Source: Nymphaea colorata
Taxonomy: Eukaryota
NCBI RefSeq assembly: GCF_008831285.2
Contig: NC_045138.2
Coordinates: forward strand, 10,106,001 to 10,170,000
Length of the DNA: 64,000 nucleotides
Direction of reading: 5' to 3'
Shown piece after piece: positions 1 through 16,832 of the stretch. Each line of letters starts with the position of its first letter. The first letter of the stretch is position 1. The notes beneath the pieces were generated by a model, which saw only the letters and a list, made by a program, of their open reading frames with translations, was not told the origin of the DNA and did no database searches. A program made the position numbers and the translations under genes.

Positions 1-319
1 TGAATGAAAAGTCCGGTTGGAAGTTGCCTCCTATTCTTCTGTCCACTTTCCTGAGAGGATGACGTACAAAATACATTCTTTGTGTTTGCATTTTCTTGTT
101 GTGAGGAGGACAATGAGGATGCAGAAACCAATCACAAAGCATCCTCTCTAGAGGCTTCTCAAAAAGGACACGGGAAGATGAGAACATCATCTCATGCTCC
201 ATTGAAAAAAGAGGGACTGCTTTTAATTTTTTAATATCATAAAAGAATAGAAATTTGATGTTGCAAAACTGTAGCTTATAAATTTTTCGAGGGTATCCTT
301 TTGAATTTTATTATTCTAG

Positions 320-608
320 GAATAGTGTGTCGACTGAAGAGAGCATATATGAAATCACATACTATGGAAAGGGAAGAATGCCGGTGACTACACTGTTTGC
401 TTTTACAGGTTTCTCTCTCTCTCTCTAGGGTGTGATATTTAAGTACGGTTGTTGCTTCTCATTGTAGGGATTTGGTGAGAGATGCATGCCAAGAGGTCAC
501 TGTACATTCGGAGCTAGGCTGCACGATGATGAAATCAAATTCCTAGCCACGTTTGTGAAGTTGCAGGATGAACAAGGATGGCCGAAGATTGAAATTTATA
601 AAGATTGA
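320..608 (+). CDS. Cytochrome c6A (plant plastid cytochrome c6-like), last two exons 320-383 and 468-608; the 5' exons are not in the window
   Basis: An AG acceptor (318-319), a GT-AG intron (384-467) and stop TGA (606-608) give (R)NSVSTEESIYEITYYGKGRMP|GFGERCMPRGHCTFGARLHDDEIKFLATFVKLQDEQGWPKIEIYKD*. This has the axial-Met GRMP motif and the two-Cys loop insertion typical of cyt c6A. It is not in the ORF track. Confidence 0.9.
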
Positions 609-932
609 TTTTTGTAGACGGGCATTTCTGTAGAAAGGAGGGCTTCAAATATTGAATAATATACTATTTATAAACTACTACCGGAATCTTAAATGCACCA
701 CTTTTGGTTCAACATGGCGAACTGGTTTCAGCTTGCTTGTCTATTTTCTTTATTAACGAAAAAACAAGTTGTTTTGGGTCTTATTTTTCAGCTGTTTGAA
801 TAGTTGGCACGTACAACTCAGTAAGGTCTGCAAGCTAGAGGATATATGTCCTCGTTGTTTGAGCATTGTTAATGTAACAACTGCAGTCTGCTTGACTTTC
901 TTTCATCATGGTAAAACTTCCTATCATGGTAA

Positions 933-1056
933 AACTTATTATTTCAACCAGGAACTCGTTTTCTCTCTCTTTCTCTCTCACACACGCACACACGAACTTA
1001 TTATTTCAACCAGGAACTCGTTTTCTCTCTCTTTCTCTCTCACACACGCACACATG
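933..1056. repeat. 62-bp tandem duplication
   Basis: aacttattatttcaaccaggaactcg...cacacgcacaca occurs at 933 and at 995. Confidence 0.9.
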
Positions 1057-1534
1057 AGAAGTGCAGAATGGTCAGTCAACTCTCATATTTGTGAAGTGTT
1101 TCTTGGAAAAAAAATGCTAGATGTTTTTAGTTTACGATTCCCCACTCCATAGAAAAAGTTGCAACATGTTGTTGTGGTCTATTCGAACATCAGATAGAAC
1201 AGACAGTTCAAATAAAACATAAACAAACACCAGACAAGACATACATAAGACAAAACTAACTATGAAGACACAAATATAAGACAGAATGGATATATCGAAC
1301 ATGACAAAAACAAACATCAACAAACACACACGAAATAAACATCGAACAAAACATAGTGCTTTGTTCTTAAAATCATCAAACAGTGGACAAAAAACATCAT
1401 TGTTCATGAGGACATGACAATAATGTAATGAACAGGATGTTCTGTTTGTCCTGTTCCAATAGACAACAATCAAACGACCTTGATGGTTCAAGCTACGGGG
1501 GACAATCTCCATTACTAAAATAAAGAGGTACGGG

Positions 1535-2790
1535 AGAAGGGATCTCCACAGAGGTGATGCACAAACGAATCCGACTAATCCATCTTTCATGGAATCCCAA
1601 ATGGCTGAAGGCATGGACGAGGAAACCCTAGCTGACTCGATCGTAGGGCTTGTTAAGGTCTCATTTAGCACATGCTGCTTTAGCGTTCCTGATGCTGAGG
1701 CCCACCACCATCTTATGATCCAATACGAAGCTATCTTGGATTTGCCGTCCTAGGAAAAAGGCACTCCGGTTCTTCCCGATGATGTGGTTAAGCATAGGCA
1801 GCATTCTAAGAACCACCATGATGCGGCTAATGAACTTAAGAACACTATTACAGAGGGAAATTTGTCGACTTGGCTCGTCCCCTGCACTTTAGGTGTAAGA
1901 GCAAAATGGGTTCTTGATAATCTTGCCATTTTTGTTTTTTTTTAAAAAGAATCCTTGATGGCAGCTGAGGCATCATCCCTGACAATGGGCCAGAATGAAT
2001 GAAAAAACTTGTTTGGGAAACCATCGGGCTCAGGAGCCGAATTACTGTCTCCTCCCAACACTACCCACCGAACTTCCTCTGTCACAGGGCGATGAAGAGA
2101 GTCGTTTTCTGCACTAGAAACCAAAGGGCCTTTCTCAAGACCTTCCGGGAGCCAGCCAGGCCTTCAAAATAGGAGGTGCTGATTTAAAAAATCCCATTGT
2201 CATCTGTGATGCGAGAATCGCCGTTGACAATGGATCTGATTTTGCTTTCTGACGCCTATTGCTGGTCATGTGCATGAAAAAATTAGTGTTAGAATCTTCT
2301 TTCTGAAGCCACCTGACCCGAGATTTCTGACGCCATAATTCTTTTTCCTGCTGCAGGAGGGACCTAAGTTCCACTGTCTACTTATTTTCCTCTAAGACAG
2401 ACGAAGGATTACCTCTTTCGACCTCTAAATGTGCATGAGAGATGGCTCCCATAGTGCGTGCTCGCCCTTCTGCTGTCCAAATTATAGATGCCGCTCTTAC
2501 TCCAAGCCTGTGTAGCTCGACGCACCACCTCCATTCTTTTGAGAAGGCGGACCACAGCTGCCACTTGGATTTAACTAAATCAAAGTAATCTGAATTTTGA
2601 GACCAAAAGTTATAAAGCCGAAAAACTGTCTTACCCGTAGGCCTATCACTTCGGTGGAGGCATGAGATGAGTCCGAAGTATATTTGCGCAACATTTTGAG
2701 TGAATGAGCACATTCCAAATACTCCGACCAGCCGCTAGAGAAAAAATAGTGATCAATTTGACTCATCTTACTGAAATAATTTTTCATTTA
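1535..2790 (-). mobile_element. Degenerate L1-type LINE ORF2 fragment (end of endonuclease into reverse transcriptase)
   Basis: Minus-strand motifs SQIDHYFFSSGW, FRLYNFW, ELWRQKSRVRWLQKEDSNTNFF, SAPEPDGFPNKFFHSFWPIV, SAFFLGRQIQD and DLNKPYDRVS, with many frameshifts and stops. Confidence 0.9.
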
Positions 2791-3019
2791 TGTGCCATAA
2801 TATAACCATTTCGATGGCTAATGGCTTCAATAATGTTTCCTTTTAAGTTTTCTGCTGAAAAAACTGTTAGGATATATAGTCTGGTTCAATGCATTATTTT
2901 TTCTAAAGAATAATTTACGGTGAGCAGGTTCTCTCATAGCTGTGTTTTTTCTTTCCTTCGTATACCTGATTATTTTTTTTTAGAAAAATTAGGTTTTTTT
3001 ATTTGCATTGTTAAATTTT

Positions 3020-3391
3020 ACCAGAATTTGGATATTTTGGATGCACAATACAGCTACAGATATTCCAGATGAGCTAATTATTGAAAATGGATTTCAGATT
3101 ATTACATTCGGATATGAAATTTGATTTTGGATGTTCAGATTTGGCTTGGATTAGATAAAATTTGTAAAAGGTTAGAGTTGGATAGGATCCGGTTACGAAT
3201 TTGAAATTCGAGTTCGGATTGGATTTCAGATGTAAACTTGGAAATCGGATTCTCGGATGTAAACTTAAAAATCGCATTCGAATATTGTATGTAATATTTT
3301 GTATCGAATTCAAATCTGAACATATAAATATCCGATAAGTCAGATATTTTACATGATGCATCCGTCCGAATCCGATCAATTGACATCGCTA
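3020..3391. mobile_element. Truncated hAT-type MITE (same family as 53949-54435)
   Basis: Dense (C/T)GGAT/ATCCG subrepeats ending in the TIR ttgacatcgcta (3380-3391); no left TIR found. Confidence 0.6.
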
Positions 3392-3999
3392 CTGCCTACC
3401 ATCTAGAACTCTGTCAATTTTACTTGTGGTTTTGGTATGAAAGTTTATTCTTTTTGGTGTTGGTATGAAAGTTTAATCTTTTCTCTCATTGTAAGATTTC
3501 AGATCGCAAGGTCTGACTGACTAAAGTTAACCCTGCTTTTTGGCTGTGTGCACAGAGATTCTACATTGCTAGCTGGGAAGAGCCATGCCTCTTGTTTGTG
3601 AAAGTCATGTCTTCTTCATTGTTTGGTTGGTGATGCACGAAATGATGGGAAACAGGTTGTTTTTTAGGGAGGGCCATAAAACAAACTTTCTGATGACATC
3701 ATGAAGACATTGAATTTGTGTATTCAATTCTTGAAGTATAATTGAAAGCTAAATACCTGACATGTTTCCATGAACTGGGCAACTAAATTGTCAAAGAACG
3801 ACAGAGACATGATCCAGCTAGCATGTGAAATCAAGTCACCTAGGTTTATTTTCCCTTCCATTTTCCCTACAGACCCTATCACGTACGTTGATGCCGATGT
3901 TGATGCTCTACTCAAACAAGAGAGGATCAAAGGGCAGAAGGACGTGAATAGTGCTTCAAGGATTTGACAGGTGATGAGTCACTCTTTTGGTATTCTACA

Positions 4000-4161
4000 A
4001 GGGGTGGAGTTAGGAATTTTGGTTAAAGGACCATTATATAATCTTAAAAAATTTAATTTAGGTTGAATGATATTTTTTAACATATTTTATATGATACTTT
4101 TATTTTTTTTTTCAAAAAATTAATTGGCGGATAGCCCCTCCCCGCTCCCTAGCTCCACCCA
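4000..4161. mobile_element. Short MITE with AGGGGYGGAGY-type TIRs
   Basis: aggggtggagttagg at 4000 pairs with cctagctccaccca at 4148-4161 around an AT-rich core. Confidence 0.6.
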
Positions 4162-4195
4162 ACCATGACAACGTTTTTGACATTGGTAATGAGGA

Positions 4196-4800
4196 TTCTT
4201 GAAGAATTACTTGAGAATGTGAAATATTTTAAGAAAAGCTAGAATTGAAAAATATTTGTAAATATCATTTGAAAAGTTTGGGAAATCATTTGAAGTCATT
4301 TTAGTGTTCTCTTAAGACTTTAAGTAGCTTTGAGATTTTGCTCTAATTTGGTTACCACCTAGTTAGAGTTTCATCACATCTTGCTTAAGTTCTTTTAGAG
4401 ATGTGATTGTGCTCATAAGTGATATTAAGTAATTGTGAATGCATGAATGCATTGATCCTATATAATTAAAAGAGAATGAAACATTTCTACCACAACATTC
4501 ATCTACAAACATTCATACAATAGCATACATCTAAGATTTTTGTTTGATAACTATTATATATAAAAAGGAAAAATTTTTGAAAATAGATTGGGGTTGTTGT
4601 AGATCATCAAGCATGAATCCAATATTGGGTCATTATTTGATTTGTGGTCTTGATGAAGTCGACAAATGAAAAATTAAAATATTAAATGATACGAAAAAAA
4701 TATTGAAAGAATAAGAAAAAATGAAAGACTTGATCCCAAGAGAGATATAGATAGAGAGAGAGAGAAATAGATTTTGAAAATCATAAAATTTAAAAGGAAG

Positions 4801-4873
<73 letters not shown>

Positions 4874-6386
4874 GGGAAAATGAAGTTTAAATCAAATAGA
4901 TAAGAGAATAGCATTTTAGAAAGAGAGAGAGATTTAAAAAATGAAATACACGTATATATATTTATATATACGTATATGAGAGTTTGTAAAAGGATATGTT
5001 AAATCATAAAGAGAGAATGACAAAAAGAAATAATCATGTGCACACATACGTATATAACACATATATACGTACATGTCTTCATGAGAATAAAAATCAAGAA
5101 ATGAAAACAACCGACTTCAAGTTTTATGTAGGCTGGAAGTGAGCTTGAACTCATGTAAGAGCCCAAGCTAAGTGTCTGTGGCCACATTAGAGAGTGTATT
5201 TAGTTTTGAAAATCTTTTGGAAAACATGCTTTCAAATATGAACATAAAATCATATTATTTGCTTCAAGAAAATACATTTCTTCCACCATTGAGTATGGAA
5301 GAAAATAAAAAATACATGAAATGGAGAATGACCAAGCACTCATTGGGGATCCTAATTGAGTGATTAAGAAATAAACTAAATGTGAAAATGACATGAAGAT
5401 GCACTTTAATATGTACAAATTCGTGGAGGATTTTTTCAGGTTGGACAAGTGTCAATCTCAAAGATCAACACAAGAATAAAGAAATCCCAACCCCAAGTGT
5501 TCATTCTCCCTGTGCATTTGCTCATTAATTAAAGAAAAATTAGAATATCATGCATGAACATCATTTCAAGCATATATAAGAAGGAAGACAATATAGAAAG
5601 CATATTTTTGGAGATAAAATGAAGAAACGAAATTTAATCCACCTTGCTCATACTCCCGGCACACTCAAGATATAACTCTTGATTCGGGATAAGAAATCAT
5701 TTGAGCTTTCTTACACGACCATGGGGAGGTGGCAAGAGGAAAAGAGAAAATAGATGAAAATGAGAAGAATATTACATACCTCGAATATGAATGATATTAG
5801 AAATGAGCTTTCTCTTTTGAATGACCTTAGAGTCGCTTAAGATGAAGCTCCAAGATGATGAACCACCAAGGGATCCCTTTGTGCTTTTTTGAAGAGTTGT
5901 AGGTTGGTGAAGCTTGCTCCCAAGGTTAGAGAAGAAGAAAAAAAATAAAAAGAAAGAGCAAAAGAAAATTTGGAATTTCAAGTGAGGAAGCACAATAGGT
6001 TCCTCATGGTTGGCTCATGCTCAAGAGGAAAGATTCTGTGAGTATTTATAGAGATTTTGGAGTCAAAATTTGAAATTTGAATTCAAGAGGTAAGAGTTTT
6101 GGAGCCAACATTCAAAATTCGAATTCAAGATTTGAATTCAAGAGGGAAGAGTTTTAGAGCCAAAATTCAAAATTGGAATTTAAGATTTGAATTCAAGAGG
6201 GAAGAACTTTGGAATTCCCGATTTAGATCTAATTCGGATTTGATAATTGGATTTTGAGTTTAAAATGCTAGATTTGGATCTAAACTTAGGTTTAGAAATT
6301 CATTTTGGATCGAATAGTCGCAAATTTGTTTTAAATCTAAATAATAAAATAATGGTTTTTTTGGGAAAAAAATTGGGGTGATAACA
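4196..6386 (-). mobile_element. Truncated LTR, inverted sister copy of the solo LTR at 11542-14812
   Basis: Reverse-complement similarity to the solo LTR along its length (e.g. 4196-4330 vs ~14430-14563; 5110-5155 vs 13375-13420). The minus strand starts TGTTATCACCCC at 6386. About 250 bp of the 3' end is missing. Confidence 0.85.
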
Positions 6387-6740
6387 GATGATTTGATGGG
6401 CCAATCTCTATGTCCTGCTTATGTATAAGAAATTTATTTGACAAGATTTACATAAAAAAAGTAAATTTTTACTTGAGACGTTAATGTAAGAGATTGATAT
6501 TTTAATATATTAATTATAAGCAAAATTTATGCTAGAATTTTATGGTTTACAACTTAGCACTACAAGACTTATTTGTAGAACATTATCTTAAGCCTTTAGG
6601 TACATGGCTCTTAGAAAGTGTTTATGCCGTAGCAACAATTTATAATAGTACTTTTAAAAACGGTTTTTAATCATCCAGCCATATGATAACATCTAGCAGT
6701 TAACTGATTTAGATTTTTCATATATATATATATATATATA

Positions 6741-6930
6741 AAGGAAGTGAAATCCTCTAGCCATTCGGACCTCCATTCATTCAATAACCGCCGTTGGTGC
6801 AGTGCATTGAGAGAGTGATTAAATGCACAGCCCATGTAAGGAAGTGAAATCCTCTAGCCATTGGGACCTCCATTCAATAACCGCCATTGGCGCAGTGCAT
6901 TGAGAGAGCGATTAAATGCACTGGCCATGT
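6741..6930. repeat. ~95-bp tandem duplication after a (TA)n tract
   Basis: aaggaagtgaaatcctctagccatt...ccatgt occurs at 6741 and 6838. Confidence 0.9.
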
Positions 6931-9900
6931 ATTGTAATGTGGGTGTGCTGTGAGAGGCTGAATTACTTTTCTATTCAAATCTGGATACACACTTAGATAC
7001 TGGATTGGGTGAGAATCATAAGGGCCTACCAATTTTAATGAGATTAGATTCGATTTAGGAAATTGATTCTTTCCTCTCATGAAGGGTATTTTTGTTTTTT
7101 AAAAATATAGTTTGGTTTCTACTTTTTCAATTTAACCATCCTCCTTAAAATTGAATATCCATTTGATTTCCATCGAAACAGGTCAAGCAGCTGACTATAT
7201 TTTTTCCATCCGATAACATCCAATGACTGGTGTGTGTGTATATATAAAGGTTCGCCTCAAAGAGCTATCACAATAGGTACATTACAAACATTTTCTATTG
7301 ATACACAGTTTTTCAAAGCATTTAGCATCAGTTTTTGGAATTTGCATTGACAGATTTGAAAAGGCCATCTGGCAAATTTGCCAGCCAGCAGCTTTCAATT
7401 CTTCCCTCTTCACCACGATACAAGTAAATATATATATATATATCTTGTCCATTAGTTCTAATGGAGACACCTGGACGTTGCCATATTCCGGCAAATCACA
7501 TCAACAAAAACAATGAACGGTTCTGTTTCACGGCAGCCTGTTTTCACTTAATCATATATTTTGATCTTAAAATCGACAATACTTGCACTGGTTTAATTTC
7601 TAAACATATACAGATTAGGACCGGAGCTTTTGAAGAGAGAAAAATCACACTTAGACGCATATTTTATGGATCAAAATTGCTTTTTTTTTTTGCTATTTTG
7701 TCGTTTCTGCTGTGTTGATGAAAACCAAGTGATTTTAACGTGCCTTTTTGAGGTGTTTATGTGCTTCCATTAGTTTCAAAAGCTCTTCTAGGATTCCCAG
7801 CATTTAGTCAAAATCAAAGGTGAAACTGAGCCCTTGAGACAGCCGGTGGCAACTGTAGGTTTTCTGGGATGTTAGGCATCAATTGCTGCTGCATTTTGAT
7901 TAGATTTTTGGGCATCTTTTATTGAAACTTGCTCGCTGCTATTAGGTCTACGGTTTCCCTTTAAAAATTTGCATAAACGTATAGTCGACGGGTGTCAGAT
8001 TCGGGGTAGAAGTCGATTTTGGTAGGTTATTTTTCTCCCTAAATAGGTAACCAGCCAGACGAAATGCTTTTTATTTTTTATTTTTATTTCTCTTTTAAAC
8101 AGGGTAGGATCAGAAGTAAAAAATGGTGTCTTTAATCAGAGATGTCTATTGAACCCAAATCCAATGGCCTAAATGATACCTTTATTATCAAGAAGGAATC
8201 TGTTCGGTGATATATAAATTTTTATGTGTTGTTCAGTGATATATAAAGATGCATCAATCTTTTAGGTTAAAAAACACATTCTTTTACAAGTTTCTTATCA
8301 TTACGATTGCATCAAATATCTCCCTCTCCCACCTGGATTAAGTACATACTTTCATACACAGGATCTCTAGGACCATGTTTAGGGGCTGACTTAATGTTGG
8401 ACCATATTATTTAAATTGGTGCTGCCAGCTTCATAAATCAAAACCATAACTTTCGCTTGTTGATGGATACAAAAAAATAGTGAGCTGAATGCTGCTTTTA
8501 AATCTTTGAATTCTAATTAATGAAACAAGAAACACAATTAAATAAGAGAAACAAAATAGGAAATTGAATGATAAGAAAGAATTTCAATAGGGCGTATTCT
8601 GTTTTGATCAATAGAAATAAGAAGCTCAGCTGAAAAACAAAAAGAACATTCAAGCTGGGGGACAATGTGCCCAAAAAACCATCCAGCAGCGGAATGTCCA
8701 TTGCCAAAAAGAGTAACTTCTGAAAAAAGGATTGTGGGCAAAAAAAGGGTTCAGTCACCTAGAAGAAGGAAAATAAACCCTCATTTTAGCATAGAAAGAT
8801 CCTTTCCGTATGAATGGACTGTCTTTAGCACATATAAGGAATCATTACCTTCATTTTTTTTTATTTTAAACTCAAAGAACTGGCATGAAAGTTTGATTTG
8901 AAGGACTATTACTTGTAGATGCATGAAAATTACTTAGTGATATGTGAAAAAACAGATGTAGTTTATTCTCTTGAACATATAAATTAACTTTCCCTTGTAT
9001 CATAATAATGACCACAATGACTGACTTGTCATGAAAACAATAGGGATATTAATGGAGAATGTTTACATGATAGAACATCAATTATAGATTAAAAATGACA
9101 AGTATAAAGAAGAAACAAAGCATCACGACATGCAACCTGAAAAAGAGAAGACAAGATAGGCGAAGGACGAATATTCATTTTCACCTTATCTCACAAAAGG
9201 AAATGACAACTCTATGACTCCTCCCATGCCTAAGTTGTAACTAATGTGTAAACTGGAACATTATAAAAAACCAACCGCAAGTTTCATTTATATTCTTGGT
9301 TGATAAATAATTTTCACTCTTTTTTTAGAAGCCAACGTGGAGTAAGATCAAAACTGCCAGTGGAAACTGTCTCAGTATCAGCTATATGATCCCAAGCAAT
9401 CAATTGCTGGACTATGGTCAGTTTTGTGCCATCTGACAGTTCCAAAAGCACCAATCACATTTCTCAGTTTGCACAAAAATTGACTTTGAGATGCTATGAA
9501 ATTGGTATTAGCATAGCACAACATCCACTGGACCTACGTTGAGAAGACATAACTTGCTTCTCAAACAAGGATGAACTTGGAAGGCTTCTTGAAGATATTG
9601 CAGCGAAGTGCAATAACACTCTGCAGTTGAAAACAGAGGGAGGTATGGGCTGATATAGGTCATTGCATATACTAAGAACATGGACTAAGAATACCAAGTT
9701 GTATTAGTTCATCATCTCTCTCAAGATCAATGGTAACATACATCATGGTAGTTAGTTGCATTGCTAGCATTACTCAAGCTGCAAAGGCCTCGTACAAAGA
9801 AACTTTTGGAAATCAATAACATCCTAACATTACAAAAGATCAGAAGCCCTCAACATAAATAGAGCCCTCAACATAAATAGAACCAACAACTGGCCACCTA

Positions 9901-10145
9901 AAAGTATGGCTGGTCAGACCAACTGTGCCCAACCACTTGAAGCTCTCTCTCTCTCTAATCTTTGTGAAATTAATGCATAACTGATGAACTAAAGTAGCTG
10001 AAGAATTTGAACAACCTGCTTAAGAAAGAATATATGCCTTGACCATGATAAGTTTCTTGACTTCCAATAAGAAGCTGGACATGCTTCGTCATAACATAGT
10101 CAGATTGGCATGTTACAATGCAGTTAACTATTTATCGAGGTCACA

Positions 10146-10268
10146 AACATCATAACATAATAAAGAATCTTGTTGTTAGATCCTAAGAGCACAAATAAGT
10201 TGAACGCAACATCATAACATAATAAAGAATCTTGTTGTTAGATCCTAAGAGCACAAATAATTTGAACG
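10146..10268. repeat. 62-bp tandem duplication
   Basis: aacatcataacataataaagaatc...tgaacg occurs twice, nearly identical. Confidence 0.9.
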
Positions 10269-10579
10269 TATCTAACTGTGCAATGCCTAACACATCAAGC
10301 GATGAAAGATCTATTTTAGTTTGGGGAAGTTGTGGTCATTTTAAATTGTTGGTGAAATCAAGTGAAGGTTTCTGCAGTTTTTAGGAAAGAGCAATGTTTA
10401 TAAGTTTTTACATGTGAACTACCTGAACGTCAATACTTTACATATGCTCCCACCAATCATTTCCAGAATCCTTTCTGTGTTGTGTAATAAAATCCTAATG
10501 TCTTCCTTAACAACGTGTTTTCTTGTTTAGGCACTCCATGTGCTGGGTGAATTTTTGGCATTTCCTGGAGGACTATGCT

Positions 10580-10663
10580 TATACAAAAAGAAGATTAATG
10601 GAAGTTTGAGAGGAGAGAAAGTATACAAAAAGAAGATTAATGGAAGTTTGACAGGAGAGAAAG
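10580..10663. repeat. 42-bp tandem duplication
   Basis: tatacaaaaagaagattaatggaagtttgaSaggagagaaag occurs twice. Confidence 0.9.
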
Positions 10664-11541
10664 TTACGGTTGGTGGGGAAGCTTCGCATGCAATATGTGG
10701 CTAAGACACTTGGCCCATGTTAAAATTCCAGCACAGAGAAGGATCAGTGAAGTGGATAAGAATGTAATAGATAGAAGGATAATGTCATTTCTCTGTTCAC
10801 CTGTAATATTTTTGATGAAATTTTTCCTTTGAGAAGAGGGGAAACCAAAACAGTTGGAGTTTTATTCTTGATCTCTCAGCTATGTGCTGTGGGCCGTGCT
10901 ATGTTTTGTTACTATGGCTGTTCTAAAACTTGGTACACAATCCCCCAAATGGTATGCGGGAAGTAGCCCAGGTGATATGTCATGGTAAAGCAATTGCCAA
11001 AAATGCAAGAAAAAATTACAAAATGGCGTCAACTAATGGGCTAACATCAAATGACCACCCCCTTTTCACTAACAACAAATAAGCCATCAATTTTTCTATC
11101 AAACTCTCAAACAGCCACAATAAATCAAATGACAAAAAATTCCTCTTTTATAGAACCCGAGCTACTAACATGAGGACAAAAGCACAAGCCAAACCCAAGG
11201 AAGATATTTCTGCAATGTTTTAGATCATACATTATGAGATACCTGTTAGGTATGAAACACACTATAATTATACTGAAATGTTTTAGGCAATAGCCACTGA
11301 TGAAAGCCCTAGAAGAAGAATATACCTGTGATCCTATCTCCAAGCTTGGGAATATCAGAAGAGGTGTTTGTGTAAGAGAATCCCAAGCCAACTGGCGACT
11401 CTAGGAAGGGAAAATTGGCTTCATTAAGGTTCTCAAAATGGAAAAGTAGAAATAATTAAAACTAAGAAGTGATTAGAAGGTGGTACCGTTGTTTCAACTG
11501 TAGTTATTGAATTTTAATTCAAGAATCCCTTTCTGCACCAA

Positions 11542-14812
<3,271 letters not shown>

Positions 14813-15799
14813 ACCAAAAACAAACCTGACTCTTGTGCCTATCCATATCTAATAGAAGAACAATCAGAACCTGTATTTAACAAAAAACAAAGAAAATTTG
14901 TGCTTTATGACCAATAAAATGGGCTGCCACAACTTTACTTTGAATACCCATGAAACAAAGTGCTGCAATAATGGACATGCATGTGAGCATCGATCAAACA
15001 ATGCCTTGCATCTGGCTGGCAAAACACACAATAAGAACTAGGAATAATAGAAAGAAGGGATTCGATTCCTACAGATGCGTGAAGAGCAAATGCTGGCATT
15101 GAATATAGCAATGAAATTTTAAAAACACAAATAGAGAAAGAAAGAGAAGAGAACCCCAAATCGATGCAAAGGAGCAAAAATCCTAATTAATGCAAATCAG
15201 AGACAAATAGAGGAAGGGAGTGAGAGAGAAAACAAGAAAAAGAGAGAACAATAAGAATTGTACCTCACCTAGAAAAAGCTATTCACGGCAATGGAGCTCC
15301 TTGCAGCAATGAAATGGGCGTAGAGAGCAACAGAGAGAGCATGGGAGAAAGGGGTAGAGCAGTGGCCGAGGGGGAGACTCAGAAGAGAGAAGGGGCAGAG
15401 ATGGAGGAGAAGAGAAAGAGAAAAGGCAAGGGCAGCTTGGGGCAGAGACAGAGGAGAAGGAGAGAAAGAGAAAGGGTGAGGGCAGCTCGGGGTAGAGACA
15501 GTGGATGAGGAGACAAAGAGAAAGGGCTAGGGCAACTCAAGGGCGAAGACAAAAGAGAAGGAGAGAAAGAGAAAGGGCAAGGGCAGCTCGGGGTCGGGGG
15601 CGAAGCATGTTCTATTCCACGCTGTTTCAAGGGTTTGCTGGGAACAATATGGAACAAAAGATAATTTATACCCTCTGTCTAATTGCCTGCCATGTCCATT
15701 CTGTATTGCGGATGGCGTTTGATAAAAAAAAATCAAGTAAACATGACATGAATGTCCCGTTCTGCATGTCCAGTGGCCATCAAACACCCTCTTAGTACA

Positions 15800-16832
15800 C
15801 TTGAGATGGAGGCAGAGGACATGGTCCCCAAGTTTTCTGTAATTCGGATGAAATTTTGTTTGATAAAGGTATCAAGGGTAGAGGGAATAGGAAGTCCAAG
15901 TAGAGGAAGGAGAGGCAGAGCTTGTCTTGCACTCACTTCTGCATTCATGTGGAGTATCCTAAGGGGACAACTCTGCGAGTTCTTGTCAAGGATGTCCTCA
16001 TAGGAAGAAAGCCAATGTCCTGAAGGATGTTGCAAATAAATCCCAAGATGAAATTTCTTCTACATCTGCCCTAAATGGGGGATATAGATACAGCCAAGGA
16101 AGTTTGTGTTTTTGGAATGGGCAAGACTTGTAAGGAGAATCTTGACCATGGGGAAGCGAAATCAAGATCTCTTCTTCAGTCAAGTTATCCATGAAGATTC
16201 TTACTCGGAAAATGAGGCCTTGTGAAAAAGGCCACTCAATGTGAGGTGTGATGGTACTTGCAGGAAGAATCTCCACTTTAGTTTTCTTTCTTGATTCCAT
16301 GTTGACATCTGAGAACTTCAACCACTACTCTCAGAGCATTAGGGATTTGGCTTTCCACTCTAACATTTCTAGTTGCAATCCCCATGCTAGAGTGATTATA
16401 GGATGACAACCATCAAACTTGGTAGTAGACATAGTGTCAGCATGTGTTAGAGGATTCAAGTGAGATGTAGAAGCTACATGCTAAATTTTGTGTTTACAGC
16501 TTTTGATGTGTAAATTCATCCAAATTATCTGATTAGAAGGGAAGCGTTTCAGGTTTTATCATTGGCTATAGCTAATCTGAACTAGTCTGTGGTAGCCCTA
16601 GGAGATTTCAATGCTTTGAGGGGTGGGTAGGACAAAATAGGAAAATGTCTGAATAGAAAAGCCTATAGAGATTTTTGAGAATTTGTTGATTTGTGTGATT
16701 TGGATTTTGTCGTGGACCCTCATCTTAAGTATACTTAGTGTAATAACCATCCAAACATTGAAAACATTTCCGTTGTTTAAATTGAGTGTTGTTCGATGGT
16801 TTGGAACAATCTAATTTTCTAAAATGAAACAT
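15800..16832 (+). mobile_element. L1-type LINE, left part (N-terminal endonuclease), cut by the CACTA insertion
   Basis: Degenerate APE motifs ACVRGF (SWNVRG-like), VALGDFNAL, YT*CNNH (YTWxN) and CLN*VLF (RLDRVL-like). The left boundary is approximate. Confidence 0.7.

Noticed and set aside
1132..1671. 179-aa hydrophobic ORF
   Set aside because: An off-frame read of the LINE RT end fused to low-complexity repeat sequence; no recognisable domain.
3495..3970. Plus-strand exon-like blocks (3556-3655, ~3872-3970)
   Set aside because: Splice-like signals are present, but the frames contain stops and I recognised no homology.
6717..7230. Helitron suggested by a TC+(TA)n+AAAG start
   Set aside because: I found no convincing 3' hairpin plus CTRR end.
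10900..11400. LINE 3' zf-RVT-like remnant on the minus strand (RYLIMYDLKHCRNIFLGFGLCFC)
   Set aside because: The resemblance is weak and unsupported by adjacent motifs; it needs an HMM search.
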